A stretch of DNA of 63,903 bases, filler included. It is 11 parts of 11 records of this genome, joined end to end, with 100 filler letters (N's around TTAATTAATTAA, not from the genome) between each part and the next. Parts side by side here need not be neighbours in the genome. Positions count along the whole stretch, not along the records: positions 28,165 to 36,288 come from SRR15195285_952; positions 36,389 to 40,567 come from SRR15195285_954; positions 40,668 to 45,326 come from SRR15195285_956; positions 45,427 to 49,605 come from SRR15195285_957; 7 more parts are not named here. One strand, 5' to 3'. A model generated the notes under the pieces. That model was not told where the DNA came from. It was given only the letters and a program-made list of their open reading frames with translations, and made no database searches. The translations under genes and the position numbers were made by a program. Every line of letters starts with the position of its first letter. Position 1 is the stretch's first letter. Positions 34,101 through 45,427 of this stretch are shown one piece after another.

Positions 34101-36288
34101 GAAGAACCCAGCTAAGCAGAGTCGGCACGGAGTCGCAGCATCGCCATCATGATCGTGCTGCCCAGCTGCACATGCAACGCAATCACCGCTACTCTGGGCG
34201 CCAGCGGCGCCAAAGCTGCCCCCAGGACACTCCCCATCACAGCTCATGGCGCCAATTTGAGCCGAGTACGAGCCGGCCGCGCAGTTTTCGCAGGAGGTGG
34301 TTGCACTCTGGTCGTGATCGTACTGGCCAGCAGCACACGACACACAGCTTGCAGACCGTGGCCCAGCGTACTGCCCGGCAATACACTCAGTACACTCGCT
34401 GGCATCAGGGATTGTGCCATCGGAGATAGTGCCGGCGGCACACGGCTCACACCGTCCATCATTGTTCCACATCCCTGCAGCGCACGGCGCGGTGCAGCAC
34501 GAGGCCTGCGGATCGCTGCTGACACCGGTGCCAGCAACCACTGTCTCCGACAGTCGTGTCATGAATCGTGTGCCTTCATCGCAGACATTTCCAGCATCAT
34601 TCCACGCTTTGCAGCTGATATCGCAGCAACTTGCCTGCATATGTGCCTCGGACTCCCCTAGCATCGACAGCTCTGCTGAGCTCTGAACAGCGGCCGTACC
34701 CGCGTCACACGACACGTCAACGCACGCCCATGACGGCAGGATGAAGACCGCGTTGGCCAAATGGCACGAGTCGTTTGGGTACGCGGTGTTGTTTTGCCCG
34801 CAGGCACCACCCTGTGGCCCACACACCAGGCCGCCCTCTGGGTCCAGATCGAGCTCCTCGTAGGTTCCGTACGTGTTGTCGCAGAAGCACTGGTCGATCG
34901 ACTGAAGGCCCATGTATGTCCAGCCCGCGCAGAGTTCCTGGCAGCGCTCTAGCGAGGCATCGGAGCCCATGCTGAAGCGCACGCCGGTGAGGTCACGCCC
35001 GTCCACAAAGGACTCCCGGTCCTCGAAGCAGCCCACGTACAGGAGCTGCGCGGTGCAGTTGCTGGGGGAGACGGAGCCTGTAGGTGACACCATGCCGCCG
35101 GGGCAGAGTGTGCAGCTATTGCCACCCTCAGAGTCCTGATAAGTCGACCGAGGGCACAGCTCGCAACCGGTGCTCGCATCATCATCGTGGTCGAAGCTAC
35201 CTGGCTGGCACGGTACGCAGGTCGCCGTGGACTTCGAACCGGAACCGACCTGGAGGGAAAACACAGAGTTGATATGACTACACGTGGTTTCACCGTTGCC
35301 GCACCGGAGACCGTCCTCCCCACAAGCTGCAGCTGGTGCATCTCCATAATAGCCATACTCGTTCCCACACCTACACGCACGAACATCGTTGAAGCTGAAT
35401 TTATGTCAAAAAGAGAGCAGAGAGGGAGGAGCCTGCAGCACGATGTAAGAGTGAGAGAGAGAATGTTGGATGGATGGGACTGGTCACCAGCATTCATCAC
35501 TCCATTGCAAGCCCATAAAGTCATACTCAAGGTTCTGGCAGTAGGTAGCGCAAAGCTGTGTGCCGGCTCCATCCTGTAGATCCGCTAGGTCTGATATGAC
35601 TGGGCCACCCCAACGAGTGGCCAAGTTGACGCTATTGTAATTGTTAACAGCGTAGTAATGGGCCTCGTCGTTCCCTCTCTGGTTGCGTGGGAGATCAGGA
35701 TTACCCATATCCCTGTTTGCAGCATCTCTGTAGCAACCAACGTAGGTCGAACTAGCGTGCTGCTGTAGTGTCCATTCGAAGTTTAATACCGGTAATGCCG
35801 CCCAGTGCACCGTGCCACTGGGGCAAGCCACACATCCGTGCGTCAGTGGCTCCTCTGCCGTGTATGCACAGGCTCCAGCACCCGTACACGGGGCAGAACT
35901 GTCGTCGCTCGTCCAGCCCGCGCATACTGCAAGATCGGCAGCCTGGCAGGACTCCTCTACTCCAGCTTCAGCAGCGGTGTACACACAGTCGCCGGCCGCA
36001 AAGCAGGCACACGCAGTGCCATCGGGCACCCAGTCCTCGCACACTGCCTTGTCAGCCGCTTCGCACCCTTCTGGGACATATTGCTCGTTCACAGCAAACA
36101 GCCCGCCCGGACACTCGCAGTCGCTGCCTCGCTCCGACTGAGGCTGCGAGAACCGACCCACTGGGCAGCCAGTGCATTCTGTTGCCAGTTCGCTAGAAAA
36201 CGTGTTGGCTGGGCACCCGATGCACGACAACGAACTGGTCGAATAGTTGCCAGCGGGACAGGCTACACACGGTGTCGCTGCGCTACGG
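28165..36288 (-). CDS. Large multi-pass receptor (partial at both ends): GCC2/GCC3 (ephrin/TNFR-like) Cys repeats, 2 WSC, 2 fucolectin/FTP domains, beta-helix repeats, ~8-9 TM TRP-like membrane domain, cytosolic ART-type ADP-ribosyltransferase
   Basis: C..C..G.[YF] repeats; WWQADLG..RTDCC..CEVEVY twice; F..N beta-helix repeats; TM motifs ITYAQ, YPTI, YWE..DMLRKL and PY....N; ART motifs ALRLYTGPMF..YN..LR, LNSGVLKL, VYRG and VEYGFMST. Inferred introns: 35371-35487, 30254-30365, 29982-30049. Confidence 0.85.
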
Positions 36289-37276
36289 NNNNNNNNNNNN
36301 NNNNNNNNNNNNNNNNNNNNNNNNNNNNNNNNTTAATTAATTAANNNNNNNNNNNNNNNNNNNNNNNNNNNNNNNNNNNNNNNNNNNNCGGGAGAAATTA
36401 CTACCATCGTCACCGTTGCCGAAGAGGCAAGTATCCAGAGCAAGGTGATGGACAAGGTTAAGACTTTGCAGAAGATGGAGTCGGACGCAACTGACGAGGC
36501 GATCCACCTGGCTTCTGGGTACGCCAATGTCATAATGGCAAAGAAGCAGGCATCCATGCTCGATGATTCATTTATTTGGTACTCAAACTCTCAATTCTCA
36601 GTGTGTTGGTCAAATAGACCTACTGCTCCTTGTTCTATTAGTGTGTCTCTCCTCATCTTCTTGGTCAGTGGTTGGTCGTCTTGGGTAAATTTTTGTGAGG
36701 GTGAGGGTTCACGTACGGAAGGAATCGACTGGCTGGAGCTGGATACCGAGTGTTGGCTGTTGCTAGGGTGCTGGAAAAACGGGCAAGCACCACGATATAC
36801 GATTATACTAGTACGTGGCGGTACCGGGAGCGCTGTGAACGGTGCCCAAATTCGCGATTTAGTGTCAATATAATTCTGACTGATCCTGAGCCCCTCAGCG
36901 ACTGCCTCAGAGATCCTGAGAGAAGTTATCGGACACTGACTGGAAATCTGACTGAAATTGACAAAATATTTCGGAATGCATTGCTTATACGATTTTCATC
37001 ATGCATTTCGGTAATTTTGGGACAACCGGATCGATGCATCGGGTCCCTGACGGGTCTGTGCACGCGGACGCACGCGCTCGCGCGCACGCCGGCGCGGACG
37101 CCGCACGCCGGGCCGTGCGTGCCCATACCCTCGCGCTCCACCGCGGAACAACTTTGCTGTCCCGCCGCCAGCATTCTGCGCTGGACGCTTCTCGCTTCCG
37201 CCTTGCCCTTCGCCCCAGTGGCCAAAACCGCTGCGTGAGCGTGCGTGCAGTGCCGTGCGCCTCACGATATTAAGAG

Positions 37277-40200
37277 ATGCCCGGTGAGGGCGCTACGACT
37301 GGCACCACCACGCCCCAGCAGCTGTTGGCCCAGCTGGATGGCACAGCAACTGAGCAGGCCTGCGCGTACGCGACTCTGGAGGCGTGTCAGGATGCAGAGG
37401 TCGGTATTGTTTGCGTGGCAAAGCTCGCCGCGCAGCTTGCCGACCCGTCGCAATCAGCAGAGACGCACACCCGCTGCTGCCTGGTGCTTGCACACCTGTG
37501 CAGTCTCGACCCGGTACGGTTCGCGGGGGTGTGGCTGCGCGACATGCGCTGCCTCTCTACCCGGGCCCCGGGCAACGCAGTTGATGTTGTCCTGTGCTCA
37601 GACGCCGTGGGACAAATGACGAAGGAGGATGCACGCACTGTTGCGGCGATCGGGGCCTGGTACCCAGCAATGTTCGCACCAGGCTATGACGCCGTGTGCG
37701 ACGTGAATGAGATCGGTGTTATACAATGGAAAGTCGCCGACATCTCAGACGATAACGCCTTTAACAGGCTGAAAAAGGACGAGGGAAAGGCCATGCATGT
37801 GGCGACGCGGCTTCTCGACATGCTGCGCGAGGACCGCGCACAGGTATCCGATGCTGAGGTCGCCGGCACATGGTGGATCCTGCAAGAGCTTAGTGAGGGT
37901 GGTGGCTCATTGGTCTGCCTCCACATCGTCCAGCAAGGTGCGGTCGAACTTGCGATCGAGGAACTTCGCAGAGGGTCGCCTTCCGAGTGGGTGTCAATCG
38001 CGCAAACACCGTCGGGCAAGTTTGGTGCGGTCTTGGATTGGATCCGATGCGCCACCTACATCCTCACCAATGCACAGCACAAACAAACGGTGGCCGCGAC
38101 GCCTGGGCTTTTGGACGTCTTGCTGGATCTGCTGCATGCCAATGAACAGGCAAACGACCCAGCAGATTCGAACCTTCTAGCTGTCATTGCTGCGCTGTAC
38201 GGATTAGGCAACGCGCGCGAAGCTTTCATTCAGATCTCAGCGAGCAACGAAACGGCCATTCGGGGCGCAGCGAGTGGAATCCGGTTCGTCCTCGACCATC
38301 CCCAGCCGTTCATTAAAGAAGTTGGGATCTCCACAAACGCGAGCGCGGTACGCAATTCGATTTGACTTCGGCAGATTGTGCGTTTTTTGAGGTGCTGCTG
38401 TTGACAGAAATTCTGCTGGCTGAGCTAAACGCAGGGATGGTTAGCTGCAGCTGTGTTCGGGCGGGATGAGGATGGGAGTGGCGGGATGGAGCTATGCCAG
38501 CAAGATGTGGACGAAGGTCTCAACGTCTTATTCAACCTACTTAATGCAACTCTTGGGTTCCTACCACTCGATACGATTCAGAGCCAGGTCGTCCTCAACA
38601 TTTCGTGAGAGCGCACCTGATGTGGGTCCATTGTTTGCCGGCACGCCTTACTTACTTACCGCGTGTGGTTGCTACCTGCAGGATATCAGATCGGAACAAG
38701 CTGCTTTTGCTCCGGAACCCAGACATATGGGTGCATCTGAAACTTGGTTTATTCGCTGATCTTGAGCGCCACCCACGAGGTCCTGATGCACCGTCTCCGA
38801 CCATACAGACAGGACGTGAGATGATGGAGATTTGGCAGTGCCACTATGCTGAAACACTGCACCAGCTAGCTCTGTTTTCAATTGCGTGTGACGCGCTGCG
38901 GGAGCAAGCCTCAGTGTTGCAGGCTCTGGAAGAGGTGGCCGAGCGAGGTATGACATCGAACGCCCGGCAGCATGCTCAGCGCGCCCTGATGGCCTTGAGC
39001 AACGTAGAGCCGGAGCAACGTGGTGGGGCGCCCAAACATATCATGCTTTCATACCAGTGGGACTCACAGGTGAGCCATAATTCGTGCGCCCGATCTCTCA
39101 TGCCCGATCGGTGCTGCAAATTTGCGTACATTAGGATAATGCGACACTGCTGTTGGCTGTGTAGTCCACAATAATACGCATCAACGAACGCTTGCTTGCT
39201 CGTGGCTACCTGACCTGGATGGATCTAAACAACATGAAGGGGGTAAGCATATGTCAACCACCTTCAATCCCCTTGCTTGTTTGTTTGAATGAGTGCGGAA
39301 TTGCGTTCAGAGCATTGTGGATAGTATGAGCGATGCCATCGAGGAGGCCGCAGTTGTGCTGTACGGAGTCAGCCTGCGCTACAAGGAGTCCGCCAATTGT
39401 CGATTGGAGGTAGGTTAGCCTCGAGTCGACTAGGTTGCCTAGGCTGACGTGGTCGACTAACGGCTGACTGCGTGGTTAGGCTAACTACGCTCATCAGCAG
39501 CAGACCGACATGATTCCTTTAATGATGCAGAACGATTATCAACCGAAAGGATGGCGTAAGTCTTCGCACAGAGTATTGCGCCTGCAGAACAAACGTCATG
39601 CCATTGAACATGCCATTGACGTGCGATGGCATGTACGCGTATACCCGTAGTGGGCTTGATCATGGGCACTAAGATGTGGTATGCCATGTGGGATGCGATG
39701 GAAGACGATGACGTTGCATTCGAGCATCGCTTGGATCCACTTGTGCGCGAGATTGGCGAACGAGGGAAGCAGATAATATCTGAGGCTGTGCCTCCGTTCT
39801 GCGAGCCCCTGGCACCCGAACCAGCTGTAGCACCACCAGCAGTGGCACGGGCTCCAGCACCAACAGCCCCTACTACCGATTCCACTCCAACTCCAGCTCC
39901 GACTGCGGCTCCCATCCCTGCGCCTGCTCCTTCTCCAGCTCCAGCGCCGACTACGGCTCCAGCTCCAGCTCCAGCTCCGGCTTCAACTCTGGCGTGGCAA
40001 CCTGCGGAGTCGACATCGGTAGTCACTACTCCATCTACATCTGCCGCGACCCTGCAGCACGAAGGCCGCAGCGAGGCTTTGTCATCACTCGTCCCGCCGC
40101 CCAGCGGTGGCACGAGCTTGATGGAAGTATCAGCCTTCATGACCGAGCAGCTGAGCTCTCAACTACTGCAGCAACGTGAGCACTACAAGGAGCAGCGCGA

Positions 40201-40513
40201 TGAGATGATGCGATTGATACAGGAGCAGAAGGAAGAAATGAAATTGCTGCGTGACGAGGCCGCGGAAGCCAGGCTGCAGGCCGCGCAGGTTGAGAGAGAT
40301 GTGAAGGCGGTGACAGCATTGCAAATGCGGATTGAGGTGGTCCACACAGCTAAGCTACTCTCAGATGATGAGCGTGACGCTGTGGAGGACGCGATTGCTG
40401 ACGGTGCGGCTGAAACTGGCGAAAGTGCAATTTACCAGATGATAGCTCTCTCAGAGAAGTTCTTGGTGGATAGAGCATTTGCGCGACAATTGAGTCGAAG
40501 GTACGCTTCGTAG
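37277..40513 (+). CDS. ARM-like helical repeats + TIR domain + Pro/Ala-rich linker + coiled coil, multi-exon
   Basis: Spliced TIR: HIMLSYQWDSQSTIIRINERLLARGYLTWMDLNNMKGSIVDSMSDAIEEAAVVLYGVSLRYKESANCRLEANYA...IPLMMQNDYQPKGWLGLIMG. Introns within the TIR: 39070-39164, 39243-39310, 39410-39479, 39556-39650. Confidence 0.85.
39810..39982 (+). repeat. Coding (CCAGCT)n-like Pro-Ala low-complexity repeat
   Basis: PAPAPSPAPAPTTAPAPAPAPA in the ARM-TIR protein. Confidence 0.8.
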
Positions 40514-40767
40514 GGCCTTGGCAAAGGACAGTGCCTATGGCTAGCGATGCAAAGTGAACAACGTGTGNNNNNNNNNNNNNNNNNNNNNNNNNNNNNNNNN
40601 NNNNNNNNNNNTTAATTAATTAANNNNNNNNNNNNNNNNNNNNNNNNNNNNNNNNNNNNNNNNNNNNAGGAGAAGGTACTTACGCGCGCGCGCGCGACGA
40701 CCCGCCCCGGCCGGCCGCGCGCGGAGCTGCGTGCGTGGCGCGCGACCCGCGACGTCGGCGGTACCGA

Positions 40768-41254
40768 TTCCTCCGCATCCGTCACCGACTCCGCGAGTGG
40801 CTTCTCGCACAGCACGCTCTTCCCTGCTGCGATGGCCATCGTCGCATGCTCTTTGTGCAGTGAGGTGATCGTGCCGATGTAGACGATGTCGACGGTATCA
40901 CTCTGGACCAGCTCTGTGTAGCTCTCCAGCGCGGTTCTCACGCCGTGCTCTTCCGCAAACTCCGTCGCCGACGAGAGGGAGCGTGCGGCCACTGCCTCAA
41001 GCTCAGCACCAGGAACGTCGCGGAGGGTCTTCGCCCAATCGGAAGAGATGCCACCTTCAAACAGCGCACAGCGCACACTCTCGGATTCAATGGTGCAATT
41101 TTGCCATTCTGCAACGACAACACAAAGACTCCTGTATGAACTGTATGAAGAGTCAGACCGTACCGGTGCCGATGAAGCCCCAGCGCAGGCGGTGAGCGGT
41201 CCCAGTGGGTGTCGTGAGGCCGAGTCGCACGTCAAGCGGGACCACGTCTGCCAT
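40768..41254 (-). CDS. N-terminal half of a Gfo/Idh/MocA (DHDH-like) oxidoreductase, inverted relative to its C-terminal half
   Basis: ATG at 41254, LRWGFIGTG, one intron (~41056-41163), then GISSDWA...VAARS...DIVYIGT...H....AIAAGKSVLCEKPLAESVTDAE. Homology stops at ~40770. Confidence 0.85.
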
Positions 41255-41309
41255 ACTGCCGAGCCCTCGCTGCTCTCGTGGGGCACAGTACAGTGTAGCA
41301 AGTGTTCGC

Positions 41310-42080
41310 TACTTGTATGCCTTTGCCAAGGAGAAGAACGTCATGCTTCAGGAGGGAATGTGGACCCGGTTTTTCCCAGCAGTGGAGCACGCGAGGCTGC
41401 TCCTCGAGCAGGGAGCCATTGGCGATGTGGTCATGGCCTCTGCTGACTTTCCGGACCGCTGTTACGCGGCACAGATTTCACCGTTGGCGTTCGGTGAAGG
41501 CAATACCCCCACCAGTATCGTCGCTAGCAGTCGGCGAAGCGATGGTGCAGGTGGTGCTGTTGTACAATACGGAGAGACAGGTACCACAGTCTTGAGCTTT
41601 CCACCCTGGACAAGCGAGTTTCAGGAGGCGCTGCAGCTCACGGGAACCAAGGGGCGGATCACTCTGGATGGTTATGGTCACGCTCCCACACGCTTGAGCA
41701 TCCATCTAATCCCATCAGGCGTGCCAATTGAACCGCAAGGTCACACTTCTACTTCTCAAACAGGAGTAGATCCGGTCACACACGTGCACACGTACCCTGT
41801 TCCGTTGCCCACAGGTTATCCTGCGCCTGGCTGGCACGTGAGTACCAGACAAGCCCAAATGTTTTGTGGCTGCTACATGCACCGTATAAGACCTGCCATC
41901 CTACCTGTCTGTTTTTCACAGTACACGAACCAGACGGGCTTTATCTATCAAGCAGAGGCAGTCCACCGCTGTCTGGCAGCAGGCCTGCGCGAGTGTCCAC
42001 AGTACACGAAAGAGGATTCTTTACACGTGATGCAAATTCTCGATCAGATCAATGCTGCGGAGGCACAGGCTTCGTTGTGA
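41310..42080 (+). CDS. C-terminal half of the same Gfo/Idh/MocA oxidoreductase
   Basis: YLYAFAKEKNVMLQEGMWTRFFP...GAIGDV...GTKGRI...GFIYQAEAVHRCL..GLRECP. There is no N-terminal domain upstream on this strand. Intron ~41838-41921. Confidence 0.85.
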   Translation, partial: YLYAFAKEKNVMLQEGMWTRFFPAVEHARLLLEQGAIGDVVMASADFPDRCYAAQISPLAFGEGNTPTSIVASSRRSDGAGGAVVQYGETGTTVLSFPPWTSEFQEALQLTGTKGRITLDGYGHAPTRLSIHLIPSGVPIEPQGHTSTSQTGVDPVTHVHTYPVPLPTGYPAPGWHVSTRQAQMFCGCYMHRIRPAILPVCFSQYTNQTGFIYQAEAVHRCLAAGLRECPQYTKEDSLHVMQILDQINAAEAQASL

Positions 42081-42185
42081 AATGCGAACCAATCCAATTT
42101 AGCACAATGGATCATAATCATATGGCACGATGGTGATAATTATCCACTGAACGTCACATTTTCAGCACGAGTACATTGACAGCGT

Positions 42186-45100
42186 CTACACATCGGCTGT
42201 ACGCCTTGCTACACCAATTCGCTCGTAGAAAAGTAGTACAGCCCGTCCACCGTCTCGCCGGACGCGGTCAAACTCTTCATCTTGAGGACGCGGTGCGTCA
42301 GTGTACAGATGGTTGTCATCACACTTCACCCAGCCTCTGTCGCCACCGTCGACCCTTCGGTCCGGTGAGTGAGATCGCCCAGGCGAACCACTGCGCCCTG
42401 GGGAGCGCGAGCGGGGCGAAGATGACCGCCTCCCGCCAGGAGAGCGCGAGCGTGCTGGTGAGGATGAGCCCCGGCTGCGGCCATCATAATGACTTTCATA
42501 ATTACATGTCGAAACGAGCATTTCATAATGGATTGCGGGCGGATCGCGGTGTAGGACCGCTTTCCGTTAGCGCGCACAAAGAATCAAGTCCTAAATCAAA
42601 CAGGCGGTGGAAAGTGTTCGATCATACCGGCTTCGAGCCATGGGAGACGTGGGCCGTGCAGCACCGTTGCCACCAGCAGAGGCACGAATCGTGACGTAGT
42701 AATGTCCGCTGTGTATACTAGTGCCCCTGTGAAACACGGCCGCGACCAGGCGATATGCCACGCCACAGGGATCGCCGTGGTAGTCACGCTGTGTATCATC
42801 TTCCGGCCACATCAAACGACCTGCAACACCGCACCGTGAGTCGTCACCGCAGTGGAAATCAACATCAAAAGGAAGCAACGCTCTCGTTGAGACACATCAA
42901 GTGACGGAGCCACGACAAAGGAAGCAAACCAGTCGGAATTGTGTCTGAATGAGAATCAGGCATGGACGCCTGTCACATTGGGTTGCAGTACGCACCTGCG
43001 CCGGCTAGGTTGAGCTCATCAGGGAAATCGATCGAGGTATCGACCCGTGTCTCAGCGCCGAGAGCTGTTTGATGGGCGCGATTGAGCCGCACGATGTAGA
43101 TGCGTGGCAGTCGCACCAACGCGCTCTACAGAGAGGGTTATGAAAGAAGGCATTAGTTATGAAAGAAGGTGTTGGTCGCACCGCAATTGAATGCAGTCGT
43201 TCAACGCGCTCTATCTGCAACGATAGAGTTGTGAAAGGAGGCGATGGTCGCACCATAACGTTGGTGCTACCGATCTTCTGGCAGTGATCACATCTGTAGC
43301 CTCGAGGGCGTTCGGGAGCACCCACAGCTGCTAGCAGCTCCTCAAGGCTGCCCCTCGCTTGTCTTGCCAGTGTGTATAGGGGTAATTGTTCAATCATGAA
43401 CGGTTCAGCTGTGGACGGCGAGTACCGCTTACAGTCCAGGCACTTCTTCAGCTGCAGGCTTTGTCCCTGGAAGAACTTGCCGATGGCTGTTCGCCTAGTA
43501 CAATCTGTTGTGCTGTCCCATTGCTCGTCAGCAAATTGCCTCAGCAACTTGTTCTCCTTCGCAGGCCGACGCAAACGGACAGCTTCGTTTAGATCCTCCG
43601 TAAGTTTCTCAGTGACCCCGCGCGTGATGTTCTGTCGCGGCCTCGTCAGCATGCGACCAAGAATAGCAGAGCCATCGCCGTCCGTGTCCATGGAAAACTG
43701 GTCAAGAAGCAGGTGCAAAAATTCTCCTGCATCTTGCTGGCGCTGCTTCCTCCAGTCAGTCTCAACTATCCGCGTCGGTTCACCGGTGACTCTGCGCCTA
43801 CGTCTCTCGACCTGTCTCGCCAGATCAGTAGCTGTATTGACCTGCCAGCGAACACCGTCGCGCGCGCCCTGCAGATTCTCAATGATGTACTCTACTCTGC
43901 GCCCGCGTGTGGAGAGCGTAAACCGCGCGTCCTGGCGCCTGAGCTGGTACGCGCGCTCAATCACCTCTGCTGTGGTTTGATCGTACTCGTTGAAGCTGCC
44001 GTCGTTATCTTGCCAGCACCAGAACCAATCTTCAGTCTCTTCGCCTGGCTGTGCAGGTAGGAGCTTCAAGCACTGGTGCAAGAAGTCCTGTCGCGTGCGG
44101 TCGTCATCTTGCACTCCAGAGCCATCGTCGCGGTCCATACGTTTGAGGAGCGCCACGAATGCTGCGATCAAAGACTCTGCTGATCCACTGCCACGTGCGG
44201 GCGCAGCAACGTCCTTGAGGTGCGCGACCAGCTGCGGCATGTGGCGAAGGCACTGGACTGTTGCATTAAGGAAGCAGTAGTTCGAAGGGTTCGAGATGCC
44301 GACAAATTTCGGTGGCGGTGCTTGGCGGTGCTTCGGCGACTCGGACTCGACGGCACGCACGAGCGGTATCGGAGAGGAATGCTGCTGCACAAGCTGAACC
44401 CTTTCCACCAAATCTCTGTCGTATCCCATCGCCACCACCTGCTCAACCACGTCCTGCAACTCGAGCTGCTGTTGACGCTGCAACCGCATCTGGTCTGCCC
44501 AATCGCGCTCGGCCTGTTGTGTTCGGGCACGTTCCGCTTGTCGCGCTTGTGCGATTCGGTCCATGGTGGACCCACCGTTGTATGAAGGGGGATCACCGTA
44601 CTGTTGACGCTCGATCTGCTCGGCCCTGTCGCGCTGTGCCTGCCGAACCTTCCGCAAGTCGTCGTCGTTTGCAGTCGCCGTCCGCGCGAATTGGACGCGC
44701 CGCCGATCCTGCCGTGGCTTCTGCGGCGATATATCTCGCTCGACTAAGGCATCTAGCGAGTTATTGATGTCGCGGATGTCCCTGTACTCCGGCGCCGTAC
44801 GTTCAGTGAGTTGCAGAAGCCTCGCGAACAACGCCTTGTAGCTCTCAACTCGCCGCACGGGAGCCATGCGAAGCACATCGAAGATCTGCATCTCTGCTGA
44901 GCTCGCAGCTACCCTGGCGACTGTGTCGGTCACTTCTGGCCTGGCGAGGAGCTTGCTCGCGCTGCTGCTCTGAAGCGACTGTACATAAGGTTTGTAGCAC
45001 TTCATCTGCGGAATCAGGTTGATGAACAGGCTGCAGACGCCGCCGTGGCGTACGGCGAGCGCCGAGTTGGCGTCTGGGCACGATCCAAGCGCTTCATTCA

Positions 45101-45326
45101 GCTCGTCGTCGAAACCGTAATTGAGGGCGGCTATATCGTCAAGTCCTGGGAAAAGTGACTCCAAGTCCTCGCGCGGCAACTGCTTTCCGAGTTCCGTGCG
45201 GTAGGTCATGAGAGATTGGAGGTCCTTGTTGTACTTGTCTTCGGACCTGGTCAGTTCCCAGAGAATTTTCTCGCGTTCTGCCAATGCTGTCGCAGATTCG
45301 GGCTCGGGCTCGGGCTCGGGCTCGGG
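42186..45326 (-). CDS. RhoGEF (DH) + UBA + USP (peptidase C19) deubiquitinase with an inserted WWE domain (5' partial, multi-exon)
   Basis: DH: REKILWELTRSEDKY..DL and PVRRVESY. UBA: VVAMGYDRDLV. Cys box: GISNPSNYCFLNATVQCL. WWE: WCWQDNDGSFNEYD....IERAY. Also QQDAGEFL, His box HRGTSIHSGHYY and WVKCDD. Confidence 0.85.
45298..45326. repeat. (CTCGGG)n hexamer repeat encoding PEPEPE on the minus strand, at the contig end
   Basis: Visible tandem repeat that probably broke the assembly. Confidence 0.9.
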
Positions 45327-45427
45327 NNNNNNNNNNNNNNNNNNNNNNNNNNNNNNNNNNNNNNNNNNNNTTAATTAATTAANNNNNNNNNNNNNNNNNN
45401 NNNNNNNNNNNNNNNNNNNNNNNNNNC

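Noticed and set aside
36389-36873. 142-aa ORF at the start of contig 6
   Set aside because: The first ~60 codons may be a real exon, but I recognise no motif and cannot build a supportable model.
36841-37030. AT-rich patch with weak terminal similarity (GGTGCCCAAATT versus the reverse complement GGTTGTCCCAAAATT)
   Set aside because: The match is too short and gapped, and there is no TSD, so I cannot call it a MITE.
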